This document shows, one piece after another, positions 1-6,899 of a stretch of DNA of 62,907 nt (its first letter is position 1; every line of letters begins with the position of its first letter). The position numbers and the translations under genes were made by a program. This stretch comes from an uncultured Candidatus Saccharibacteria bacterium. GTDB taxonomy: Bacteria; Patescibacteriota; Saccharimonadia; Saccharimonadales; CAIOMD01. The notes beneath the pieces were generated by a model. The model made no database searches. It saw nothing but the letters and a program-made list of their open reading frames with translations, and was not told the DNA's origin. The stretch is from NCBI GenBank assembly GCA_964566075.1, contig CAZMHJ010000001.1, forward strand, positions 9,890 to 72,796, written 5' to 3'.

Positions 1-2691
1 GCGGGCAATAACACCCTTGTTACCGTGACGTCCAGCTAACTTGTCACCAACTGCAACTTTACGCATTTGGGCAACAAACACCTGAATTTGCATAATCACA
101 CCTGCTTTAAGCTCATGGCCAGTGGCTCGGCTAAAGACTTTTACGCCAACAACCTTACCATGCTTACCATTGCTCATACGCTGAGATGTGTCGCGAACTT
201 CTTTCGCTTTTTCGCCAAAGATAGCGCGTAGTAGACGTTCTTCGCTACTAAGCTCTTGCTCACCTTTAGGGGTAATCTTTCCAACTAGGATATCGCCTGG
301 GTGTACTTCGGCACCAATACGGACAATACCGTCTTCGTCTAGATGACGAAGTGCTTCTTCTGAAACATTTGGAATATCACGAGTTACAACTTCTGGCCCA
401 AGTTTGGTTTCGCGAACTTCGGTCATGTAGTCAACAATATGTACGCTGGTAAAGACATCTTCTTTAACAAGTCGTTCGCTAATAACCACGGCGTCTTCAA
501 AGTTGTAGCCACCCCATGGCATAAATGCCACAAGCACGTCTTTACCAAGTGCGAGTTCGCCATTCTGGACACTCATACCTTCGATAAGAACATCACCAGC
601 CTTAACTGCGTCACCCGAGTTAACAACCACTTTTTGGTTGATGCTCGAACCTTCGTTGCTACGCTGGAAGTGCATTGGGTGGTAAGTCTTTTTAACCTTA
701 CCGTAGTCAACAACAACTTCATCACCACTTGCTTTGGTGACGGTACCGTTGTCTTCTGCAAGCACAATTTGGCCTGAGTTACGAGCCACGACAGATTCCA
801 TACCGGTACCAACGGTTGGTGCAGCTGGGTTAATCAGTGGAACTGCCTGACGTTGCTGGTTTGAGCCAATAAGGCTACGAAGCACGTAGTTCTTTTCAAT
901 ATAAGGAACAAGTGCGGCACTTGAACCGATAATCTGTTGTGATGCTGCGTCCACGTGAGTGACATCGTTTGCATCAACTTCTGCGGCAGCAAGACGAGCA
1001 CGAGCAGACACACGAGGGGCGATAAAGTAACCGTTGTTGTCAACTTCGGTACCTGCACCTGCAATAACTGCTTTTTCTTCTTCACTTGCGTCAAGATAGA
1101 TAACCTCTGTCGTAACCTTAGCCTTTACTGGCCAGGTAATCTTTGCTTTGACAGCTTCTAACTTTTTAACATCAGCGGCGCTAATAGTGGCGCCTTTTTT
1201 AACAATCGTTTTGCCTTTTTCATCTTCTAAATCTACAGCGGCAATGTGGCCAGCTGCATCTTTAGCAGGGACAGCGTTAATAACCTTACGATATGGTGTC
1301 TCCAAGAAACCATATTCGTTAATGCGCGCATAACTTGCCATATTAAGTACCAAACCAATGTTGGCACCTTCTGGCGTTTCAACCGCACAAATACGACCAT
1401 AGTGAGTCGCGTGTGCGTCACGTACTTCAAATCCTGCACGTTCGCGTGATAGACCACCAGGACCCATCGAACTAAGGCGTCGCTTGTGAGCGAGCTCAGA
1501 AAGTGGATTAATTTGGTCCATGAACTGGCTGAGCTGTGAACTTGCAAAGAATTCGCGGACAGCAGCAACAACTGGGCGAGCATTAATAAGCTGACCAGGG
1601 GTTACGGTTTCGATTTCGCTCATAGACATACGGTCTTTAGCGTTTCGTTCCATGCGAAGTAAACCGATACGGAACTGGCGTTGTACAAGTTCGCCAACCA
1701 ATTTCACACGGCGATTAGCCAAGCTATCAATATCGTCAGCTGGCTCTTGTGTGTTATTAAGTCGAATAACTTCAGCAACAATTGCAATTAAGTCTTCAAG
1801 ACGCATAACACGGTTTTCAACGGTGTTTGGTACGTCAAGGTCAAGACGCTTGTTGATTTTATAGCGCCCAACACGACTAAAGTCAAAACGCTTGAAGTTG
1901 TAGAACATGTTTTCTAACAAGCTACGAGCGTTATCAACGGTTGCAAGATCACCTGGGCGCAAACGACGATACACCTCAATCAAGGCTTCGTTGCTACCCT
2001 TAGCTGGGTCTTTTTCAAAAGTTGCGTCGATGTAGTTGAGTTTGCCAGTATCGACGTGCTTAACAGCGTCGCGGATAGCGGTTTCACTCATACCAAGTGC
2101 TTTAAATAAGGTAGTAACCGCAATCTTACGACGACGGTCAATCTTTACATATAATGCACCACTAGCAGCGGTTTCAAACTCTAACCATGCACCACGGTTT
2201 GGAATAACCTTAGCACCGTACAAACGGTGACCGCCATGATTTTCGCCTGTAAAGAACACACCCGGGCTACGAATAAGCTGGCTAACAACTACACGCTCTG
2301 CACCGTTGATAACAAAGGTGCCGCGGTTCGTCATCCATGGGTAGTCGCCTAGGTAGATTTCTTGTTCTTTTACTTCGCCTGTTACCTTGTTAGTCAATTC
2401 TACAACTGCCTTAAGTGGCGCGTCGTAGCTAACGTTATTTTCTCGGGCCTCAGATTCAGTAATCTTTGGTTCCTCAAAATGGTAACTCTTGAAACTTAAT
2501 GAAAGTTTGGTACCGGTATAGTCATCTATTGGACTTACTTCGGCTAAAAGCTCGCCTAAACCTTCGTCAACAAACCACTGGAAGCTCTTGTTCTGGTGGT
2601 CTACGAGGTTAGGCAGGCTGATATCATCACTTTTTGTGTAGTAGATGCGCTGCGATTGCGCAGTTGTACTCTTGGCTGCTGTCTTGGCCAT
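1..2691 (-). CDS. rpoB: DNA-directed RNA polymerase beta subunit, N-terminal 897 codons; the 3' end runs off the window start
   Basis: Minus-strand frame is open from ATG (2689-2691) to position 1. It is absent from the ORF track because no stop lies in the window. My translation starts MAKTAAKSTTAQSQRIYYTKSDDISLPNLVDHQNKSFQWF and contains GTFVINGAERVVVSQL, SQLSQFMDQINPLSELAHKRRLS and GLSRERAGFEVRD. Confidence 0.95.
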   Translation of the reverse strand, partial: MAKTAAKSTTAQSQRIYYTKSDDISLPNLVDHQNKSFQWFVDEGLGELLAEVSPIDDYTGTKLSLSFKSYHFEEPKITESEARENNVSYDAPLKAVVELTNKVTGEVKEQEIYLGDYPWMTNRGTFVINGAERVVVSQLIRSPGVFFTGENHGGHRLYGAKVIPNRGAWLEFETAASGALYVKIDRRRKIAVTTLFKALGMSETAIRDAVKHVDTGKLNYIDATFEKDPAKGSNEALIEVYRRLRPGDLATVDNARSLLENMFYNFKRFDFSRVGRYKINKRLDLDVPNTVENRVMRLEDLIAIVAEVIRLNNTQEPADDIDSLANRRVKLVGELVQRQFRIGLLRMERNAKDRMSMSEIETVTPGQLINARPVVAAVREFFASSQLSQFMDQINPLSELAHKRRLSSMGPGGLSRERAGFEVRDAHATHYGRICAVETPEGANIGLVLNMASYARINEYGFLETPYRKVINAVPAKDAAGHIAAVDLEDEKGKTIVKKGATISAADVKKLEAVKAKITWPVKAKVTTEVIYLDASEEEKAVIAGAGTEVDNNGYFIAPRVSARARLAAAEVDANDVTHVDAASQQIIGSSAALVPYIEKNYVLRSLIGSNQQRQAVPLINPAAPTVGTGMESVVARNSGQIVLAEDNGTVTKASGDEVVVDYGKVKKTYHPMHFQRSNEGSSINQKVVVNSGDAVKAGDVLIEGMSVQNGELALGKDVLVAFMPWGGYNFEDAVVISERLVKEDVFTSVHIVDYMTEVRETKLGPEVVTRDIPNVSEEALRHLDEDGIVRIGAEVHPGDILVGKITPKGEQELSSEERLLRAIFGEKAKEVRDTSQRMSNGKHGKVVGVKVFSRATGHELKAGVIMQIQVFVAQMRKVAVGDKLAGRHGNKGVIAR

Positions 2692-2882
2692 AAAAAAGCA
2701 GATCTCCTGTTATTGATTGATATGTTTTACCTTATTTTGCGCGCGAAGGTTAACTAAGCGGGTATTGTTTGAGCACTCGTGATTTGGAGACACGCGAGCA
2801 CTGGCCCGATTACACTACTTCTTAATACTAAGTCTATAGACTCTGTAAAACAATGTAAAGATTACTACTATGTAGTTTTTAC

Positions 2883-2938
2883 AACCTCTTTCGCCGTTTA
2901 CGGCTCATCAGTACGACTATTACATTCGTATAGAGATT
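2883..2938 (-). ncRNA. Type III hammerhead self-cleaving ribozyme, copy 1 (predicted cleavage between 2931 and 2930)
   Basis: Minus-strand RNA reads AAUCUCUA^UACGA-AUGUAAUAG-UCGUA-CUGAUGA-GCCG-UAAA-CGGC-GAAA-GAGGUU. The full catalytic core is present. Stems I and II are loop-closed and stem III is open. The stems covary with copy 2. Confidence 0.8.
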
Positions 2939-2939
2939 T

Positions 2940-2973
2940 CCGCCTCGAGGCCGAACTAAATGGCCTCGGGCGG
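2940..2973 (-). other. GC-rich 12-bp stem-loop (clamp A1) directly 5' of hammerhead copy 1
   Basis: Minus-strand CCGCCCGAGGCC-AUUUAGUUC-GGCCUCG(A)GGCGG. It is conserved with 4863..4896. No U-tract follows, so it is not a canonical intrinsic terminator. Confidence 0.7.
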
Positions 2974-2994
2974 AAGGTCTGATTGGTTTAATCG

Positions 2995-3162
2995 TTATTT
3001 GGGCCTGTATTTAATAGCAGCAGCAAGTGTCACTACCATTATCAAAAGCCCAAGTGCCGAAACGATGAATAGTGTCGGCACAATAGCTTGTGGCCAGAAC
3101 GAGTACTCCATACTGAGCACAAGTATGAAAGTTATGAAAGTGAGTACTTGAACAGCCTTCAT
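2995..3162 (-). CDS. Small membrane protein, 55 aa (hypothetical)
   Basis: Below the ORF-track size cutoff. ATG at 3160-3162 is preceded by GGGAGAAAT. Translation is MKAVQVLTFITFILVLSMEYSFWPQAIVPTLFIVSALGLLIMVVTLAAAIKYRPK, with two hydrophobic helices and TAA at 2995-2997. Confidence 0.55.
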   Translation of the reverse strand: MKAVQVLTFITFILVLSMEYSFWPQAIVPTLFIVSALGLLIMVVTLAAAIKYRPK

Positions 3163-3191
3163 ATTTCTCCCTTCACGTCAGGAGATGATGG

Positions 3192-3479
3192 TTACTTAAC
3201 CACTTGTTTTGACTCTCGCGTGAAAAGCAACATCGCGAGAGGCGATACAAGTGCACCAGCATAGAACCAATACGGTTCAACTACCGTACCAAGTCCAAAG
3301 AAGCACACTGTAAACACGATGAGCCCTAGCGCGATAAGGAGCCATTGCCATCCATTAAACACAAGAACGGGGTTACCCTGATAGTCGGGGTGGCCACGCT
3401 CAATTACGACAGCGAACAGCACGAACAAGCTCATGACTGCCCATGCAGTTGCGACTGCACACATCAGACCAGTCAACAT
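3192..3479 (-). CDS. Small membrane protein, about 95 aa (hypothetical)
   Basis: Track ORF 3192..3494 uses a TTG start. I prefer ATG at 3477-3479, preceded by GAGGGTGAGG. The protein has several hydrophobic helices. Confidence 0.6.
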   Translation of the reverse strand: MLTGLMCAVATAWAVMSLFVLFAVVIERGHPDYQGNPVLVFNGWQWLLIALGLIVFTVCFFGLGTVVEPYWFYAGALVSPLAMLLFTRESKQVVK

Positions 3480-3548
3480 GTACCTCACCCTCAACCTATA
3501 TCGACGATGAATACAGGTATTATATAGTAACTCAAAATTAAAACGACT

Positions 3549-3582
3549 CGCCCACTCGATATGTCTTTATCGAGGGGCGGGT
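3549..3582 (-). repeat. 34-nt palindromic repeat (hairpin B1), identical to 4341..4374
   Basis: cgcccactcgatatgtctttatcgaggggcgggt forms a stem of about 13 bp with one A/G mismatch. It lies downstream of CDS 3618..3932, and on the minus strand GUCGUUUUAAUUUU follows. Confidence 0.75.
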
Positions 3583-3617
3583 GTATGTTGGGTAAAGGAA
3601 CAGCTAGTGTCCATGCT

Positions 3618-3932
3618 TCACCCTGTCAGATTTTCACGCCTGTCGTCCGGCATGCGGCGAAGCCACTTGAGTTCCTGGAAGAATAGCCACGGCCCAACAA
3701 AGACCACAGCTATTCCAAGTATCTTGCCTTCGCTATCGAGAACCGAAGGCGCAAGCAAGAAGATGACCACCGCTACGAAGATGAACGTCACAGCAATCAA
3801 AGCAATCTGCTTTCGCTCAGGTGCGCTTAGAAGATCACGAGGCAACATCACGCCGTAATCAAGTGCAAAGGCGAGAGAGATTAGCCCATAGAGCACCGCG
3901 AAACTTGCCAGTGCACTCAGCACAAACTGCAT
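3618..3932 (-). CDS. Small membrane protein, 104 aa (hypothetical)
   Basis: This is the C-terminal part of track ORF 3618..4166. ATG at 3930-3932 is preceded by GGAGGACTC. The sequence MQFVLSALASFAVLYGLISLAFAL... is hydrophobic. The upstream part of the track ORF overlaps 3941..4216 and looks non-coding. Confidence 0.6.
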   Translation of the reverse strand: MQFVLSALASFAVLYGLISLAFALDYGVMLPRDLLSAPERKQIALIAVTFIFVAVVIFLLAPSVLDSEGKILGIAVVFVGPWLFFQELKWLRRMPDDRRENLTG

Positions 3933-3940
3933 GAGTCCTC

Positions 3941-4216
3941 CTAGTAGTCGTCTTCGTTGGGCAGATGGGTACGTTGTTCCTGCTTTATCTCTTCGATGAC
4001 TGGGATGTAGATAACCGGTAGTAACATGACCAGCGTGACGAGCCCTGCAAGTACCGCTCTTGGCGTCATGCGCAGCTCTGGCCACAGAATGATGAACATG
4101 GCCACGAGGCAGATTGACATGCTGGTGCAAGTCTTCGAGAATCGGTCGTACCACATGCCTCGCCACATGCGACGATGGACTTCAACAAACATAATCCGAA
4201 AAGGTACGGTTTTCAC
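3941..4216 (-). CDS. Small membrane protein, 91 aa (hypothetical)
   Basis: Track ORF with a GTG start preceded by GGAGGAG. It has two hydrophobic helices and an acidic tail. Its stop lies 8 nt before the next ATG. Confidence 0.6.
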   Translation of the reverse strand: MKTVPFRIMFVEVHRRMWRGMWYDRFSKTCTSMSICLVAMFIILWPELRMTPRAVLAGLVTLVMLLPVIYIPVIEEIKQEQRTHLPNEDDY

Positions 4217-4259
4217 AACTCCTCCGTAGGTGTAGGTAGGTGTTCGAAACTAGTTGCAT

Positions 4260-4288
4260 ATTTTACGATTTTTAAGCATTTTTGTCAA
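4260..4288 (-). promoter_or_regulatory. Sigma-70-like promoter for 3941..4216 / 3618..3932
   Basis: Minus strand reads TTGACA (4288..4283), a 17-nt spacer, then TAAAAT (4265..4260). Confidence 0.5.
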
Positions 4289-4301
4289 TTTTTAAGCAAT
4301 T

Positions 4302-4323
4302 GAAAAACGGCCCTTTTGGCCGT
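4302..4323 (-). terminator. Intrinsic terminator after CDS 4393..4737
   Basis: Minus strand reads ACGGCC-AAAAG-GGCCGU followed by UUUUU. Confidence 0.6.
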
Positions 4324-4340
4324 ATATAAAGTAAGTTCCC

Positions 4341-4374
4341 CGCCCACTCGATATGTCTTTATCGAGGGGCGGGT
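4341..4374 (-). repeat. 34-nt palindromic repeat (hairpin B2), identical to 3549..3582
   Basis: Exact 34-nt identity with B1. The stem extends to 4337. It lies 19 nt downstream of the stop of CDS 4393..4737. Confidence 0.75.
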
Positions 4375-4392
4375 TCAGCTTGTTCGTAGGCG

Positions 4393-4737
4393 TTAGCCCA
4401 TGTCATTCATGATGTCATCTACGATGCGCTTTGCCATCGCATTGTACTTTGCGTCTTCCTTGCGGAAGCGCCTGTACCAGAACACGGCGTCATAGATGAA
4501 CCATACGGTGACTAGAGCCACCACTACGGTGAAGATGGTGAAGAACGTCACGCGATCGGCAGGCATATCCCTGCCAAAACTCGTTGCCGATGTCATGACC
4601 ATACTGCCAATCAATCCTGCAGAGGCGAAAAATCCAGGGCCAGGCCTACCGTACTTCGTCTTACCCTTGAAGTAGCTCGCCACTCCGACAGCAATGAACA
4701 GCAATGCGAGAACCAGTGCCGGAATTCCTGCGCTCAT
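4393..4737 (-). CDS. Small membrane protein, 114 aa (hypothetical)
   Basis: Track ORF with three hydrophobic segments and a charged C-terminus. Confidence 0.65.
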   Translation of the reverse strand: MSAGIPALVLALLFIAVGVASYFKGKTKYGRPGPGFFASAGLIGSMVMTSATSFGRDMPADRVTFFTIFTVVVALVTVWFIYDAVFWYRRFRKEDAKYNAMAKRIVDDIMNDMG

Positions 4738-4779
4738 CAGATTTCCTATCTGTTAAAGGTACACTTACAAGCTAAATAT

Positions 4780-4807
4780 ATTATATCATCTTTTTTTGAT
4801 TATTCAA
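4780..4807 (-). promoter_or_regulatory. Sigma-70-like promoter with extended -10 for CDS 4393..4737
   Basis: Minus strand reads TTGAAT (4807..4802), a 16-nt spacer, then TGATATAAT (-10 at 4785..4780). The -35 overlaps the 3' strand of hammerhead stem III. Confidence 0.5.
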
Positions 4808-4861
4808 TCTCTTTCGTCGTTTACGACTCATCAGAACGACTACAAAATTCGTTGAGAGATT
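4806..4861 (-). ncRNA. Type III hammerhead self-cleaving ribozyme, copy 2 (predicted cleavage between 4854 and 4853)
   Basis: Minus-strand RNA reads AAUCUCUC^AACGA-AUUUUGUAG-UCGUU-CUGAUGA-GUCG-UAAA-CGAC-GAAA-GAGAUU. The core is identical to copy 1. There are compensatory pair changes in stems I and II. Confidence 0.8.
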
Positions 4862-4862
4862 T

Positions 4863-4896
4863 CCGCCACGAGGCCGATAATTATGGCCTCGGGCGG
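4863..4896 (-). other. GC-rich 12-bp stem-loop (clamp A2) directly 5' of hammerhead copy 2
   Basis: Minus-strand CCGCCCGAGGCC-AUAAUUAUC-GGCCUCG(U)GGCGG. Same stem as A1, with a different loop and a different bulged base. Confidence 0.7.
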
Positions 4897-4932
4897 GAAC
4901 AATTTCGGAGTTCGTGAAGACCTAGTGACAGA

Positions 4933-5253
4933 TTAAGCCGAGACCTGATCTGTCTGCTCGCTTTTGAGCACAGTACGGATGCGATCAACATTGAGGCCAA
5001 GCCCGTAGACCACATAACCGCACGATATGCTGAGTGGTATCCAGATCGCTAAGCCATAGCTTCCCTGCACGTGCATGAATATTGCAAACACAAGCACCGC
5101 ACTTTCCAGGACCAGCAGCCCGATACTACCCGCGAGGTAGAAGGATGCCCTGATGATGCGCGTCCGTTCAAGCACGGCTCGAGCGAAATTGATGCATGCA
5201 ATTGCACTCAGCATCAGACAGATGAAGAAAACCAAAACGATTGGTAGATACAT
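4933..5253 (-). CDS. Small membrane protein, about 106 aa (hypothetical)
   Basis: Track ORF 4933..5256 starts at GTG. The adjacent ATG at 5251-5253 has GGAG 8 nt upstream. The protein has three or four hydrophobic helices. Confidence 0.65.
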   Translation of the reverse strand: MYLPIVLVFFICLMLSAIACINFARAVLERTRIIRASFYLAGSIGLLVLESAVLVFAIFMHVQGSYGLAIWIPLSISCGYVVYGLGLNVDRIRTVLKSEQTDQVSA

Positions 5254-5304
5254 CACGATTACTCCAAAGTCCGTGGGCGTAGAGTCTCTACACCCAATAA
5301 ATAC

Positions 5305-5334
5305 ATTATATCATATAGCTTATGCTTTTGTCAA
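5305..5334 (-). promoter_or_regulatory. Sigma-70-like promoter with extended -10 for CDS 4933..5253
   Basis: Minus strand reads TTGACA (5334..5329), an 18-nt spacer ending in TGA, then TATAAT (5310..5305). Confidence 0.5.
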
Positions 5335-5354
5335 TAGTTTACCCCTGTTAATAA

Positions 5355-5382
5355 TATTAAAACAGCCCTATTCTGGGCTGTT
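5355..5382 (-). terminator. Probable terminator after clpP
   Basis: AACAGCCC-loop-GGGCUGUU stem about 27 nt after the clpP stop, followed by a U/A-rich tail. Confidence 0.45.
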
Positions 5383-5408
5383 TTTCAAGTACTACTAAGT
5401 GTCTAAAA

Positions 5409-5996
5409 TTAGCGTTTTTCGATAATTCCGTCTACGAGGCCGTATTTTTTGGCTTCTTCGGCAGTCATCCAGTAATCGCGCTCTACGTCTTTTTCGATTG
5501 TTGCAAGCTTTTGGCCCGTATTTTTGGCTAGAATTTCATTCAATAACTTCTTAAGGCGTAGCCCTTCTTTAAGGTCAATTTCCATATCGGTCACCTTACC
5601 ACGAGTGCCGCTGCTTGGCTGGTGAATCATGGCGGTGGCACTCGGCAACATAAAGCGCTTGCCTTTTGTGCCGCTACTCAATAGGAAGGCACCCATGCTG
5701 GCTTGTACACCGATACCAATGGTTTGTACGTCGCATTTTACAAACTGCATCGTGTCGTAAATGGCCATACCATCATAGACGCTACCACCTGGGCTGTTAA
5801 TGTAAAAGACAATATCTTTTTTAGGGTCTTCGGCTTCTAAAAAGAGCATCTGAGCAACTACAAGATTAGCAGTGTGCTCGTTCACATCCTCGCCCAAAAA
5901 GATAATGCGCTCTTTAAGCAGACGGCTGTAAATATCATAGGCACGCTCCATGCGGCCATCGTTTTCTATCACTGTTGGAATAAGCATGTTTTTCAT
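5409..5996 (-). CDS. clpP: ATP-dependent Clp protease proteolytic subunit
   Basis: IIFLGEDVN..., [14 protein letters not shown] and MIHQPS are ClpP blocks. The start is moved to ATG 5994-5996 (MKNMLIPTV...) because the track start at 6035 lies inside the CIRCE operator. Confidence 0.93.
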   Translation of the reverse strand: MKNMLIPTVIENDGRMERAYDIYSRLLKERIIFLGEDVNEHTANLVVAQMLFLEAEDPKKDIVFYINSPGGSVYDGMAIYDTMQFVKCDVQTIGIGVQASMGAFLLSSGTKGKRFMLPSATAMIHQPSSGTRGKVTDMEIDLKEGLRLKKLLNEILAKNTGQKLATIEKDVERDYWMTAEEAKKYGLVDGIIEKR

Positions 5997-6021
5997 AGTA
6001 CTTATTATGCTACGCCACAAA

Positions 6022-6048
6022 TTAGCACTCGTCAAGCTTGAGTGCTAA
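6022..6048 (-). promoter_or_regulatory. CIRCE (HrcA operator) upstream of clpP
   Basis: TTAGCACTC-gtcaagctt-GAGTGCTAA is an exact match to the consensus TTAGCACTC-N9-GAGTGCTAA. On the minus strand a TTGACG hexamer lies within the element. Confidence 0.8.
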
Positions 6049-6416
6049 TCTTCATCGACACCACGGTACATTCTTGTATGCGTGCCATCTGGAGAAACAA
6101 TCCAAACATCATCTGTGTAGTGGTGCAGTTTTAGCTCACTTTCAACTTTTTCAACTCGAGCATGTGCCAGTAGTGATGCCATAGCAAAGGTGGGTACATC
6201 AACCGCAACCGACCATTTATTACCACTACGAGATTCATCGTACACTTCGTAGGTATTTGGATAATTCGGGACGGTTGGTTGAGCCTCGGTATGCTCTGGT
6301 TCTTCATCTACCTTAAACAGAAAGCTATCTCGTAAGAAAGTTGGCAAAATAGGCTTTGCGTTCTCTTTCGCACGCTCAGCAGTTTCTGATAAAAACCATT
6401 TATCTCGATTACTCAT
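6045..6416 (-). CDS. Hypothetical protein, 123 aa
   Basis: Track ORF with no motif I recognise. Its stop codon lies inside the CIRCE right arm. Confidence 0.55.
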   Translation of the reverse strand: MSNRDKWFLSETAERAKENAKPILPTFLRDSFLFKVDEEPEHTEAQPTVPNYPNTYEVYDESRSGNKWSVAVDVPTFAMASLLAHARVEKVESELKLHHYTDDVWIVSPDGTHTRMYRGVDED

Positions 6417-6454
6417 ATAGGTAGTATAAACATTCGTTGTTTAGTAACCATGAG

Positions 6455-6892
6455 CTATTTCAGCTCGTTGAGTATAGAAACTATGTGTTCCAATTCACCC
6501 GGCTGCTCTACATCACTGCGCCAAAGTTGTTTTGCTGGTAACGGCGTTTTCTGTACTTCGAGTTTGGTTATACCCGCTGCCTTGACTGAGTCATCAATCA
6601 TTGTTAGTAATCCAACGTAGGTTAACTGATTTCTTGCAATAACAGCGCGTATAACAACCATGTCTGTAGACTGTAAACCGCGCTGTAATTGCTGTGCCTC
6701 TATCTGCACAAATTCAGGCTTTCTTTGAATGTAGCCAATAAATCGAGCAGTATCATATTCATCTTCTTCTTGCTGAGGCAAATCTGCCCACCGGCTACCT
6801 TGAGCTAGTGCAACTTCTGCTAATAGTTTTACAATAGGCCGGACCACATGAGCCACCCGCATATTTGGATTATATCCGGGCAATGGTTTCAT
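6455..6892 (-). CDS. Hypothetical protein, about 145 aa
   Basis: Track ORF 6455..6928. I prefer ATG at 6890-6892 (MKPLPGYNPN...), 7 nt after the tig stop, which avoids a 29-nt overlap. Confidence 0.55.
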   Translation of the reverse strand: MKPLPGYNPNMRVAHVVRPIVKLLAEVALAQGSRWADLPQQEEDEYDTARFIGYIQRKPEFVQIEAQQLQRGLQSTDMVVIRAVIARNQLTYVGLLTMIDDSVKAAGITKLEVQKTPLPAKQLWRSDVEQPGELEHIVSILNELK

Positions 6893-6899
6893 GTTTACT

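Noticed and set aside
439-2230. Several 60-116-aa track ORFs inside the rpoB region, on both strands.
   Set aside because: They are shadow ORFs within the continuous rpoB reading frame.
3618-4166. 182-aa track ORF overlapping 3941..4216.
   Set aside because: The N-terminal 78 aa are Arg/His-rich and overlap a better membrane-protein ORF in another frame. An internal ATG at 3932 with a GGAGG SD gives a coherent 104-aa membrane protein.
4733-4741. A third CUGAUGA on the minus strand.
   Set aside because: It spans the start codon of CDS 4393..4737. No stem II, GAAA or matching stems follow.
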